Shown here in pieces: positions 1-8,279 of a stretch of DNA of 42,050 nucleotides. Origin of the DNA: Desulfobulbaceae bacterium (GTDB lineage: Bacteria > Desulfobacterota > Desulfobulbia > Desulfobulbales > UBA5123); NCBI GenBank assembly GCA_029865195.1, contig JAOUHH010000001.1, positions 1 through 42,050 on the forward strand. The letters run 5' to 3'. A program made the position numbers and the translations under genes. Below the pieces are notes generated by a model that had not been told where the DNA came from, did not search any database, and saw only the letters and a program-made list of their open reading frames with translations. Position 1 is the first letter of the stretch; each line of letters starts with the position of its first letter.

Positions 1-76
1 GATCTATACCCTCCGGCGGCCTGGCTTTAACCCTGTTGCCTGTTGCCAGGTCGCCGGAGTTTTTACCGGCAGCGCG

Positions 77-310
77 TCACGCCGCCTCGCTGTCGGGCCA
101 GAGTTCTGCCACCGGGCGGTTGATGGCGTCAGCGATCAACTCTTTGCCGGCCATTGTTTTAAGGGTTCCAGAGACATGTCTCGACACCCACGGCCCAGAT
201 TTCTTGGCTTTTTCAGCCAGCTGCGGTCTCCAGTCGCGACCAAGGATGGATACGAGTGCGCCCCTGATCTTGTCTGGTGTCCACTTTGTGTTTGTTTGTG
301 TTGTCTCCAT
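77..310 (-). CDS. Cro/YdaS-like small HTH protein (start refined to METTQTN)
   Basis: 77 aa, divergent from the repressor gene. The C-terminal '...ELIADAINRPVAELWPD' resembles Cro/YdaS-type proteins. ATG is at 308-310. Confidence 0.45.
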   Translation of the reverse strand: METTQTNTKWTPDKIRGALVSILGRDWRPQLAEKAKKSGPWVSRHVSGTLKTMAGKELIADAINRPVAELWPDSEAA

Positions 311-319
311 GCCTACTTT

Positions 320-335
320 TGTAACCCGCGTTACA
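320..335. promoter_or_regulatory. Palindrome TGTAAC-CCGC-GTTACA between the divergent cro-like and cI-like genes (candidate operator)
   Basis: Perfect 6-bp inverted arms with a 4-bp spacer, read directly. It lies in the 66-bp divergent intergenic region. Confidence 0.35.
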
Positions 336-376
336 TTCTGGCGCAAGCAAAAAGTTGACAGAAAGGTGATAATATT

Positions 377-970
377 TTGATTGCAGAACGATTACAGGAA
401 GTTATAGATCGGCTCGGGTGGACGCAAAGTGAGCTTGCGCGGCGGATAGAAACGAATAGGACTGTGGTCAGCAGATGGTTTACTGGTTCCACCCCCCCCA
501 GCCGTCCGAGTCTTAAAAAGATTTGCGACGCCACTGGGTGCGACTTTGAATGGCTTGCAACCGGAAAAACAGCCATGAAGATCGGGCAAGCGCCAGCCCA
601 GGCCCAATCCGTCGCTGAGAACAACTCGAAATACATCACCGGCCATGATCCAGCCACCTCGGCCATCCTTAACACCGCCCTCGATGTCTTGGCCGCCTCC
701 CCCGATCTGGCCAAGACGCTCACGGCCATCATCACCACCCTCGGCAAGGCTGCGGAAGACGCCGCCAATGTAAAGAGGCTCACCAAGTCTCTGCCGCACC
801 TCGAAGAGTACGATCCGGATCTGTCGTCAAGCCACCGGCTGGTGTTCGACTGGATGAAATCGCTGGATGAATTCGCCCTGCAACTCCTGATCACCGAATT
901 GCAGAGCCGCGACAACTTCAAGCGCTGGCTGGAAAAGCGCCACGACGAGCGCGAGCGGAAACGGGCATGA
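377..970 (+). CDS. XRE-family HTH repressor (cI-like), with no recognisable S24 peptidase domain
   Basis: The N-terminus 'IAERLQEVIDRLGWTQSELARRIETNRTVVSRWFTG' is a classic XRE HTH. I saw no Ser-Lys autocleavage motif in the C-terminal part. The start codon appears to be TTG with almost no leader. Confidence 0.75.
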   Translation: MIAERLQEVIDRLGWTQSELARRIETNRTVVSRWFTGSTPPSRPSLKKICDATGCDFEWLATGKTAMKIGQAPAQAQSVAENNSKYITGHDPATSAILNTALDVLAASPDLAKTLTAIITTLGKAAEDAANVKRLTKSLPHLEEYDPDLSSSHRLVFDWMKSLDEFALQLLITELQSRDNFKRWLEKRHDERERKRA

Positions 971-1296
971 GCGACGACCTGCGCCGATTGTTACGGGGTT
1001 GGGTCTCCCAGGCCTCCACTGCGGATCTGGTGTGGCTCATGCTGGTCATTGCCCAGCGCTGCGGCGACGGCTGGGCGACCTTTGTCGAGTCGTGGAAAGA
1101 AGGAAAGGGCAGCGCGGTGTTGACTGTCGAGACATCGGCCGGCCCCGGCACACCTGGCCGCACCCGCCAGACCATCGACGATTTCGAGGCCGAGCTCGAT
1201 CGGCGCGACGATACCGACCCGCCGCCCGGCAATCAAGATCAGGAAGGAAAGCGTTTAGGCTCTTGCCGGGTTGGGTATGGGCAGATGACTATGTGA
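967..1296 (+). CDS. Hypothetical protein, translationally coupled to the repressor gene
   Basis: ATGA overlap with the repressor stop codon. Third codon positions are strongly G/C in this frame. Confidence 0.45.
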   Translation: MSDDLRRLLRGWVSQASTADLVWLMLVIAQRCGDGWATFVESWKEGKGSAVLTVETSAGPGTPGRTRQTIDDFEAELDRRDDTDPPPGNQDQEGKRLGSCRVGYGQMTM

Positions 1297-1364
1297 TGGT
1301 GGTGGTGTTACTACCATTGAAGCAGGGTGCCTCCCCACTTGCCGTTACTCAACGCAACAGTTAA

Positions 1365-1862
1365 ATGGAGGGAATGGTAGATTATCATTCCTATATAGCC
1401 ATGATGCGACGCGACAAAACCATCTACGGGCATCCTCTGCTTGCCTACCGGGCCATGTTCGATGTCTCGTCGGCGGAGATTTGTGTGTTCACCGGCCGGG
1501 CCGACCGCGACTACATGAAAGACATGCTCGGCGCTGCGGTGCGATTTCTCTCCCAGCCCGGCCGGACCTTGCGGCTGGCATGTCAATGCGGCCGGGCCAC
1601 CATTTGCGATTGCGATATCGTGCGGGGCCTCGTTGGCGCCGTCGGCCGCCTGGGTCGCGTAATCGTGTACGACTCCTCCCGCTATCATGGGATGCCGTAT
1701 GTGATGATCGCCGATGGCCGCGGGTACTGCCACGATCAGGGCGACCGCGCCGAAATCAACTACGGCAACGAGTCGGAGTCCGCCCGCTGGCAGACCGACT
1801 TCGACCGGATCGCCGCCAAGAGCCAGGTAGTGATTGATACCCATGAGGGCAACGTGCAATGA
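1365..1862 (+). CDS. Hypothetical protein (lysogeny-module cargo)
   Basis: 165-aa ORF co-oriented with the repressor and integrase. No family recognised. Confidence 0.45.
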   Translation: MEGMVDYHSYIAMMRRDKTIYGHPLLAYRAMFDVSSAEICVFTGRADRDYMKDMLGAAVRFLSQPGRTLRLACQCGRATICDCDIVRGLVGAVGRLGRVIVYDSSRYHGMPYVMIADGRGYCHDQGDRAEINYGNESESARWQTDFDRIAAKSQVVIDTHEGNVQ

Positions 1863-2380
1863 GATGGCTGCTGCTGGTGTTGGCGTTGCTGTCGGGTTGC
1901 GGCCAGGCAACCGATGCGGAACTGATCACCAAGATCGTGGCCGACACCGGCTACTACAGCAAAAAGGCGGATGCCGAGTGGGATGCGGCCATGGCCTCCG
2001 CCTCCGGCGTCAAAGATGTTTCCATGATGCCGGTCGCCGCCACGGCCATCGGCGACCACAACAAGCAACTTGATGCAGCCGTGGTCTGGATCGCCAGGCC
2101 ATATACCCGCACCGCCACCGAGATCGCCAACGCCGACGCCCGCAAGCATGTCCTGCAGGGGATCAACTGTATCCATAATGCCCAAGCCGCCCGGCGTGAA
2201 TTCCTGACCGACCTGCAGACGGCCATGGCCTCCGGCGACCCTGCGGCGGTGGCCGCCGTGGCCGGGAAACACCAGGGATCACTCGGCGCCTGCCAGTCTT
2301 TAATGCTGGTCGGCCTTGGTCATTTCGCCGACGCGAAGAAAATCGCCGGCATGCCGTTGACCATGGACGAGTTCAAATAG
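1859..2380 (+). CDS. Lipoprotein (lipobox LLSGC)
   Basis: 'MRWLLLVLALLSGCGQ' is a signal peptide with a lipobox cysteine. ATGA overlap with the upstream ORF. Confidence 0.65.
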   Translation: MRWLLLVLALLSGCGQATDAELITKIVADTGYYSKKADAEWDAAMASASGVKDVSMMPVAATAIGDHNKQLDAAVVWIARPYTRTATEIANADARKHVLQGINCIHNAQAARREFLTDLQTAMASGDPAAVAAVAGKHQGSLGACQSLMLVGLGHFADAKKIAGMPLTMDEFK

Positions 2381-3466
2381 ATGGCCGTTCGCCCCCACCC
2401 CAAGCAACTCACCGATCCCCGATACTCCCGCACCTGGATCATCGATTATTACCCGCAAGGCCGCAAAGGCAAGCAGTTCAAGCGGCAATTCATCGGCACC
2501 GAAGGCGAGGCCCGCGCCCTCGAGGCGGAACTCCGTCGCGGCCACTCGCTCACGGTTGCGCCGCATCCCAAAATCATCGACCTCCTGCCGGAGTGGCTTG
2601 CCTACTACGCCAACAACCGCGCCGCCTCAACAGTGGCCGACGCCAAAACCTGCCTCAAGCAGCTGGTGCCGTTCTTCGGCATGCTGTTCGTCAATGCCAT
2701 CACGCCCGGGGTGGTTGAACAATACAAGGCCAAGCGCCGCCTGCCTGATCCGGCCACCGGCAGGGCGGCGGTGGGCAAACGCACCGTCAACAAGGAGTTG
2801 TCGTACCTGTCGAGCCTGATCACCTGGGCGACCGACAACAGCCACGCCGCGCCGCTGCCGTTCCGGATCAGGCCGTTCCCCCGGGTGCGATCGCCCAAGC
2901 CCCGCCCCCTTAACCGCGATCAGGTCACGGCGCTGATCAACGCCATCGAACCGGAATACCGCCTGCTGGTGATGATGATGACCGACGGCGGCCTCCGCCG
3001 CAACGAGGCGACCATGGCCACCGCCGAAAACGTGGACCTTGAACTCGGGGTGATATTCGTGAAAGGAAAGGGCGGCCACGAACGCCTGGTGCCGATCCTC
3101 ACCGACCGGCTGCGGGCGGCGCTCGCACACCGCATAAAAGAAACCGGCGGCCGGGGCTACCTCTCGGTAAACCCGGCCACCGGCAAGCCATACTACGGCA
3201 TCCGCAAAGCCCTGCTCCGCGCCGCCACGTCCACCGGCCTCGACAAAAACGTCTACCACCACCTGCTGCGCCACTCATTTGGGACGTCTATGGCCGCCGC
3301 AGGTGTTGACCTCGCCGCGATTCAGGATATAATGGGCCACCGTGACCCGAAAGTCACCAGAATCTACGCCCAACTCGCCGCCGAGGCGCTGAAGGCAGCC
3401 AGCCACAAGGCCGGTTCTTACATGGAGAATTCAACGCCCCCAAAAAACACCGCCACCACGGGATGA
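2381..3466 (+). CDS. int: Tyrosine-type phage integrase
   Basis: 'GGLRRNEA', 'HHLLRHSFGTSMAAAG' and 'IMGHRDPKVTRIY' supply the R...HxxR...H...Y catalytic pattern. It sits next to the tRNA-derived att sequence. Confidence 0.9.
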   Translation: MAVRPHPKQLTDPRYSRTWIIDYYPQGRKGKQFKRQFIGTEGEARALEAELRRGHSLTVAPHPKIIDLLPEWLAYYANNRAASTVADAKTCLKQLVPFFGMLFVNAITPGVVEQYKAKRRLPDPATGRAAVGKRTVNKELSYLSSLITWATDNSHAAPLPFRIRPFPRVRSPKPRPLNRDQVTALINAIEPEYRLLVMMMTDGGLRRNEATMATAENVDLELGVIFVKGKGGHERLVPILTDRLRAALAHRIKETGGRGYLSVNPATGKPYYGIRKALLRAATSTGLDKNVYHHLLRHSFGTSMAAAGVDLAAIQDIMGHRDPKVTRIYAQLAAEALKAASHKAGSYMENSTPPKNTATTG

Positions 3467-3485
3467 TGTGAAACGGCACACATAA

Positions 3486-3530
3486 TTCCTAATCCTGGTG
3501 TCGCATGTTCGAATCATGCCGGGGGCACCA
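3486..3530 (+). other. att core: 3' fragment of tRNA-Arg(CCU), from the anticodon loop to CCA, not a complete tRNA
   Basis: T-arm GCATG-TTCGAAT-CATGC at 3503-3519. Acceptor 3' strand CGGGGGC, then A, then CCA at 3520-3530. Anticodon loop-like 'TTCCTAA' at 3486-3492. No complementary GCCCCCG 5' acceptor strand lies about 70 nt upstream. Confidence 0.6.
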
Positions 3531-3595
3531 ATTAAATCAAGTAGTTGCAGGTTGTTTTCGTGGGGTTGGCTCGCTGTCCCATTTCTTACTTTTTC

Positions 3596-4144
3596 TTACG
3601 TTTTAGGCTCAGGCCATCCCGTGGTAATGTCATAGTCCCGGATGCTGGCCACCTTTTCGTCATCATTTAAATTTTTGTCGGCAACAATTGCGTCGATTGC
3701 GTCCCGATGGCCGCCATCAACCCCGGCGATGGCGGTTTCCGCCACCAGCAATTCCGCTGCATTAGCGGCCACCCGTGCGACGAGATCGCTAACCGAGCAA
3801 CCCCTCGCCTCCGCCTCGCCGACAAGATTGGGCGCGTCGGAGTCGATGCCGCTCGCCTGCCACGCCAGTGCCTCCCCGCGCTTAATCGGCCAACTCGCCA
3901 TCTCTGCCGGTGAGGTGGTGCCTATAATCTCGTTACGTTTTTGCGCGGCCAACTTGGAGCATTGTAGTTTTTTGCATTTGGCGGCATACATGGCCGGTGA
4001 ATACGCTGCGAGAGCGGCATCGAGGGCTGTTTGGCCAACGTCATTACAGATTAATTTGCCATCGTCGTAGTAATAATCGCTAGACCCAGCCGCCACCGCT
4101 ACACCGCGAACATCTTCTGTTGCCACAATTAGAATTACAGCCAT
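3596..4144 (-). CDS. Tail fibre assembly/chaperone-like protein
   Basis: Last gene of the tail operon and overlaps the tail fibre stop. The call rests on position. Confidence 0.45.
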   Translation of the reverse strand: MAVILIVATEDVRGVAVAAGSSDYYYDDGKLICNDVGQTALDAALAAYSPAMYAAKCKKLQCSKLAAQKRNEIIGTTSPAEMASWPIKRGEALAWQASGIDSDAPNLVGEAEARGCSVSDLVARVAANAAELLVAETAIAGVDGGHRDAIDAIVADKNLNDDEKVASIRDYDITTGWPEPKT

Positions 4145-5532
4145 TTGAGTACCCTCACTGAAAATGATCGTGATATATAGTTGATGCTCGATGCCGCGTT
4201 GTGAAACACAAACAATTCCAGGTACTGACCAGCCGCCAACCGCACGACCTGCGCGATTGCTTTTGGCAGCGACAAGTTCTGCCCGTCGACCGGAGTCATA
4301 TCTTCAAATTGGTTCGCCCCGTTGAGATACACCATTTGGCGTCGATAGCCGCTATTATCACCTCCCCACGATCCGTTTATCGAGACGATCACATCACAGG
4401 CAGCGGGGGCGATAAACTTGTTGTTAGCGACATCGAACAACCCGTCAGTGTCATTGTATGTGTCGAATGTCACCTTTGTGGGAGTGCTTGCGGGGATTGA
4501 CTGTGTGGTCTTCGCCACGCTGGCAAACGAGAGCAGCGACGCCGGTCGGACGTTGCCGCCAGCGCCCTGTGTCTTGCTCGGCGGTGTCGTCCATGTCCCT
4601 GCGGTAGCCTCGGTGGCCTCGAAAAAACCGTACACCCGGAACGGGACATTACTGCGGGCTGCGGTGGAGTAGATAGTAGATTTGTTGTCGGCACCGCCTA
4701 CACCACCCTCCGCGACAGTAGAAATTAATTTCGATTCATCAAGGTCGATCCCCCCCCGCGCATTTATCCATGCGACCTCAACAGTACCGCCATTGTTGAT
4801 GAGCAACACCATATACCGCTCAGACACCCCATCCCGCCCTCCGCCGGTAGACCCACTCGAAATAACCGTCGAAATTGGTGCGGCAATATATATGCTATCA
4901 ACTGAGCCATCACCTAGCGTTTGATCACGGAAGTCGATAACCTGCGGCGGCACCGTGATTGTTAATGCGCCACCGGCCACAGTGGCGGTAAATGTTTTTA
5001 TCTCCTTCTCCCGTATCGACTCAAACACCAACTCAGTCGTCCCCAGCGTGATCGCTCCGGTGTTGGTGAGCCACCACACCGTCCCGGCGTTGTCGCCTTC
5101 TGATACCGGGATCTGCATGCGCTTGAGGAATTTGTTGCTGGCGTCCATGTCGGTGCGGCGTGTCCAGGCGCCGCCGGCAACCACGATCCACACGCCGTTT
5201 TCTTTGGCGTCGGTCTGCCCTGCCGCCAGCACTTCGTCTCCGGCTACGCAGGCAACGCCGGAGATGGTTTGCTCGCCGCTTAACGTGAGGTTGGTGGTGG
5301 CCACCACTCGCACCGCGTCGCGCACCAGCATGGAGCGCAGCAGCGCCTGCCAGACTTGGGTGTTGTCGTCGGCGCTCGGGGTGAGGCCCCGCTTGGTGAT
5401 CAGGTTGTCGAGTTCGCGTTGCGGATCCTCGATGGCCTGTGCCGGCACCTTGCTTCCTGCAATGCCCTGGCTCGGATTTTTGTCGATGTACGGATCGCCG
5501 GGGTCGCCCCCGATTGGCGGTGTGTATTCCAT
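4135..5532 (-). CDS. Tail fibre protein with a C1q/TNF-like C-terminal domain (start refined to MEYTPPIGG)
   Basis: ATG at 5530-5532, directly after the gp48-like stop. The N-terminus 'DPYIDKNPSQGIAGSKVPAQAIEDPQRELDNLI' is typical of fibre N-termini. The upstream part of ORF 4135..6072 overlaps the gp48-like gene and is not coding. Confidence 0.75.
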   Translation of the reverse strand: MEYTPPIGGDPGDPYIDKNPSQGIAGSKVPAQAIEDPQRELDNLITKRGLTPSADDNTQVWQALLRSMLVRDAVRVVATTNLTLSGEQTISGVACVAGDEVLAAGQTDAKENGVWIVVAGGAWTRRTDMDASNKFLKRMQIPVSEGDNAGTVWWLTNTGAITLGTTELVFESIREKEIKTFTATVAGGALTITVPPQVIDFRDQTLGDGSVDSIYIAAPISTVISSGSTGGGRDGVSERYMVLLINNGGTVEVAWINARGGIDLDESKLISTVAEGGVGGADNKSTIYSTAARSNVPFRVYGFFEATEATAGTWTTPPSKTQGAGGNVRPASLLSFASVAKTTQSIPASTPTKVTFDTYNDTDGLFDVANNKFIAPAACDVIVSINGSWGGDNSGYRRQMVYLNGANQFEDMTPVDGQNLSLPKAIAQVVRLAAGQYLELFVFHNAASSINYISRSFSVRVLKWL

Positions 5533-5534
5533 TG

Positions 5535-6134
5535 TTAAGCCCCCTCGTAATTGAAGATGAGTTGTGTGTGCGCCGGTTTCAGTTGGTTGCAGATACATTC
5601 GAGCGTGTCGGCGCGGTCGATGTCGCCGAGGGCGTCGCCACACTCGGATTCGCCGCAGACGAAGTCGATTATTTTGGCGTCGGCAACGGTGACCTGCCAC
5701 CAGCTCCGCACCGTGTCGTCGCCGCAGAGCTCGTCGCCGCATTCGCTGTCGTTGCAGATGAACGGCTCGAACTCCTCGATGGTGATCACGTAGCCGAGCC
5801 GCTCGGCCACGGCGATGAAGTAGGCCCGCGACTGGCCGCCCAATTCGGTGAGCCGTTGTTCCAGCGCTTCGTGCCGTTCCTGCATGGTGTCGATGTCGCC
5901 GGAGCAGGAGTCCGGCAGTCCGGCCACCCGTTCCCAATCCTCGAGCAGTTCGAGGGCGGTGCGCGGGTCGGCTTCGTTGAGCAGGTCTTCGGCCCGCTCG
6001 TCGATTCTCGCCAGTTCCTCGGAGATCCCGCCGAGCAGGGCGGACAGTTCCGAGGTGAGCACACGCGGCCATGCCGCCCCGGTGGGCAGCAGCGCCTGCA
6101 GCATGCTCAAATAGTCAGCGGCGGTCATTGCCAT
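5535..6134 (-). CDS. Mu gp48-like tail protein (DUF2313 type)
   Basis: 'DYLSMLQALLPTGAAWPR...LLEDWERVAGLPD' is the characteristic N-terminal pattern. It follows the baseplate J gene. Confidence 0.8.
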   Translation of the reverse strand: MAMTAADYLSMLQALLPTGAAWPRVLTSELSALLGGISEELARIDERAEDLLNEADPRTALELLEDWERVAGLPDSCSGDIDTMQERHEALEQRLTELGGQSRAYFIAVAERLGYVITIEEFEPFICNDSECGDELCGDDTVRSWWQVTVADAKIIDFVCGESECGDALGDIDRADTLECICNQLKPAHTQLIFNYEGA

Positions 6135-7198
6135 GTGATGGTCCCCATGGTGCTGATCTGGCCGGCGGTCAAGGTGACGTCGGCGGCAGGGCTCACCAGG
6201 CTATGGTCTGTTTCCCCGGCGGCGATGGAGATGGCCTCGGCGATATGGGTGAGCAGGATGGTGCCGCTGCCCGCGCCGTCGTCGACCTCGGCCTCCCGCT
6301 GCAGCAGGTCGGTGAGTTCTGTTTCCACCGCTGTCCGCACCGTGGTTGTGTCCGGGGTGAGGGCGATGGTGAAGTTGAGCGCCACGCCGGTGGGGGCGAA
6401 CACCTCGGCACCGGCGGCCGCAACCGGCCGGACTTCGTCGATGTAGTCCTGCACGGTGGTCACCATGGCGGCATCCGGGATGATGGGGCTGGCGTCGTCG
6501 CAGACAAAGCTGATCCCCACTGTGCCGTCGCCGAGCCATTGCGGGAACACCCACGCCCGGGTGACCCCGGCCACTTCCAGCGCCCAGGCCTTGTAATCAG
6601 CCTTGGAGCCACCCTGCGGCGGTTGCTGGATACGATCGAGCAGTCTTTCGCGCAGCGCGTCGTCGCTTTCCTGGTCGGCGCCGCCGGTGAGTCCGCCCGC
6701 GGCCACGGTGCCGGTGGAACTGACCCCGGCCAGCGGCGACACAATGGTCAACGAGGTGCCGGCGTCGCAGTTGCCGTCCGCTCCTGCATTGTCTGTGGTG
6801 GCGGTGACGTCGGCGGTGGCCGTGCCGCCGGAGATGGTGACCTCGGCGTCGGTGGTATATTCCACGCCGTCGGCCCTTTGCAGTAAGGTCTCCGCCGGGA
6901 TCACCGAGTTGTCGGTGCCGGTGAAGCTCACCTGCCCGGTGGCGCTGCTGGCCGCCTTGCGCGGCACCTTCCAGATCGCGCACCAGCGTTCCAGGTAGGA
7001 AAGCTCGGCGGTGTCCGGCATCAGCTGCCGGGAAAGGTAGTCGAGATGGCCGTGCAGGATGTGCGCCGCCCCGGCGATAACCTTGGCAATCACCCCGAGG
7101 ACGGTGCGGCGCAGGGCAGAGGCCCCCTCCATGCGTGTTTCTATGTCGCCCTTCACCCGGGCGAGGATCTCGGCGAGAGTCGGTCGGTTAAATGCCAT
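6125..7198 (-). CDS. Baseplate J-like protein (Mu gp47 type)
   Basis: Size and gene order fit the gp45-gp46-gp47-gp48 series. 'LSYLERWCAIWKVPRKAA' resembles Baseplate_J proteins. Confidence 0.85.
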   Translation of the reverse strand: MAFNRPTLAEILARVKGDIETRMEGASALRRTVLGVIAKVIAGAAHILHGHLDYLSRQLMPDTAELSYLERWCAIWKVPRKAASSATGQVSFTGTDNSVIPAETLLQRADGVEYTTDAEVTISGGTATADVTATTDNAGADGNCDAGTSLTIVSPLAGVSSTGTVAAGGLTGGADQESDDALRERLLDRIQQPPQGGSKADYKAWALEVAGVTRAWVFPQWLGDGTVGISFVCDDASPIIPDAAMVTTVQDYIDEVRPVAAAGAEVFAPTGVALNFTIALTPDTTTVRTAVETELTDLLQREAEVDDGAGSGTILLTHIAEAISIAAGETDHSLVSPAADVTLTAGQISTMGTITWQ

Positions 7199-7661
7199 TG
7201 GTGATGGCCTCCCAGATGTTGTCGAACTTGTAGGTCAGTTTCGTGGCGTCCGGTTTGTTTATCTCCACCAGCATGCCGAGGGCGCCCATGGCGATCCACT
7301 CGGTGGTGACGATCACCTTGGCGGCAACGCCATCGTCAACCAGCCATTGCAGGGCCTCTTCCGCGTATTCCCTGGCCCTGTTCGCCACCTCGGCCGTCTG
7401 CTTTTCGCGGGCCAGCAACCAGAGCCGCGAGCCGATGCGGTCGTCTTCGATGCCGTCCAGCGCCTCGGCCCACCAGCCCCGGCGGTCGGCGGTGCCGTCC
7501 GGCAGTTCGTCGTCCGGGTCGGCCCGGCGGTCGGTGAAGAGCGACAGGATCACCGCCGTCTGCAGGGTTTCGTCGGTGGTCAGGTCGTAGCCGGCCAGCC
7601 CGATGTCGATCATCTGCAGGTTGTTGCCCAGGTCTTTGATGATGAGCCCGATGTCGGCCAT
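7188..7661 (-). CDS. Mu gp46-like baseplate protein
   Basis: 'GYDLTTDETLQTAVILSLFTDRRADPDDELPDG..RRGWW' matches the GP46 family pattern. Confidence 0.8.
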   Translation of the reverse strand: MADIGLIIKDLGNNLQMIDIGLAGYDLTTDETLQTAVILSLFTDRRADPDDELPDGTADRRGWWAEALDGIEDDRIGSRLWLLAREKQTAEVANRAREYAEEALQWLVDDGVAAKVIVTTEWIAMGALGMLVEINKPDATKLTYKFDNIWEAITNGI

Positions 7662-7664
7662 GGG

Positions 7665-8270
7665 TTATCCTATCGTCTGGGTCGGCTGGTCGGTCGGGCC
7701 GCCGTTGTCGTTCTCGCCATGGACGTGCGAGTCGTACACGGTGCGGAACTCTTCCATGGTCTTGCCGTCGGTGTCGCAGCGGTCCTTGATCTCGCCGGTG
7801 CATTCGAGCAGCGGTGTTTCCAGCCTTACCTTGGACGAGGCCACCACCGTCACCAGCGGCGCGGTGAGTTTCGCGTCGACCGCCGCGTCGGCGATGATGT
7901 GATCGCAGCCGTAGGCGTGGATGGTTTTGTCACGTTTCAGGTGGATGGCTTGCCCCTGGTCGTCGTACAGGGCCACCTCTCCGGCCTCAAGCCCCTTGAG
8001 CCGGTAGCGCCGGTCGCCGGTGGCGATGACGATGCCATGCTCCCGGTTGCCGCCGATAAACACGGCGATGCCCTCGGCCTGCCCTTTCGGCACCGAGGTG
8101 AAGCCGTATTCCTGATACCGCTCGCAGGTCCGCACCTCGTCGCCGAGCAGCTTGATCTGGACGCCCTGCTCCTTGGGTGAGTCGTCCACCAGGGCGATCA
8201 CGCAGCGGCCTACCATCATCATCACCCGCCGTTGCAACGGCGCCATCAGCTTGTTGAATGTTCTCACCAT
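7665..8270 (-). CDS. Baseplate assembly/spike protein (Mu gp45 / P2 gpV type)
   Basis: 'MAPLQRRVMMMVGRCVI...VQIKLLGDEV...YGFTSVP' is the typical gpV N-terminus. Confidence 0.8.
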   Translation of the reverse strand: MVRTFNKLMAPLQRRVMMMVGRCVIALVDDSPKEQGVQIKLLGDEVRTCERYQEYGFTSVPKGQAEGIAVFIGGNREHGIVIATGDRRYRLKGLEAGEVALYDDQGQAIHLKRDKTIHAYGCDHIIADAAVDAKLTAPLVTVVASSKVRLETPLLECTGEIKDRCDTDGKTMEEFRTVYDSHVHGENDNGGPTDQPTQTIG

Positions 8271-8279
8271 GCGCTGTCG

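Noticed and set aside
353-373. TTGACA with TAATAT/GATAAT as a canonical promoter for the repressor gene
   Set aside because: The spacing between the hexamers is only 7-9 bp, so they cannot work together as a -35/-10 pair. GATAAT alone could still serve a near-leaderless transcript.
3455-3530. A complete tRNA gene downstream of the integrase
   Set aside because: Only the anticodon loop, variable region, T-arm and acceptor 3' strand are present. The matching 5' acceptor strand (GCCCCCG) and D-arm are absent, and the 5' strand of the anticodon stem does not pair.
4135-5532. A diversity-generating retroelement or an invertible tail-fibre segment
   Set aside because: The window has no reverse transcriptase, no template/variable repeat pair and no duplicated inverted fibre C-termini.
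4135-6072. Long N-terminal extensions in the ORF track: 4135..6072, 15428..16078, 16002..16619, 21495..22592, 23094..23888 and 39746..40462
   Set aside because: The extensions overlap upstream genes and are Arg/Pro-rich. Internal starts with RBS or stop-start coupling give proteins that begin at the recognisable domains.
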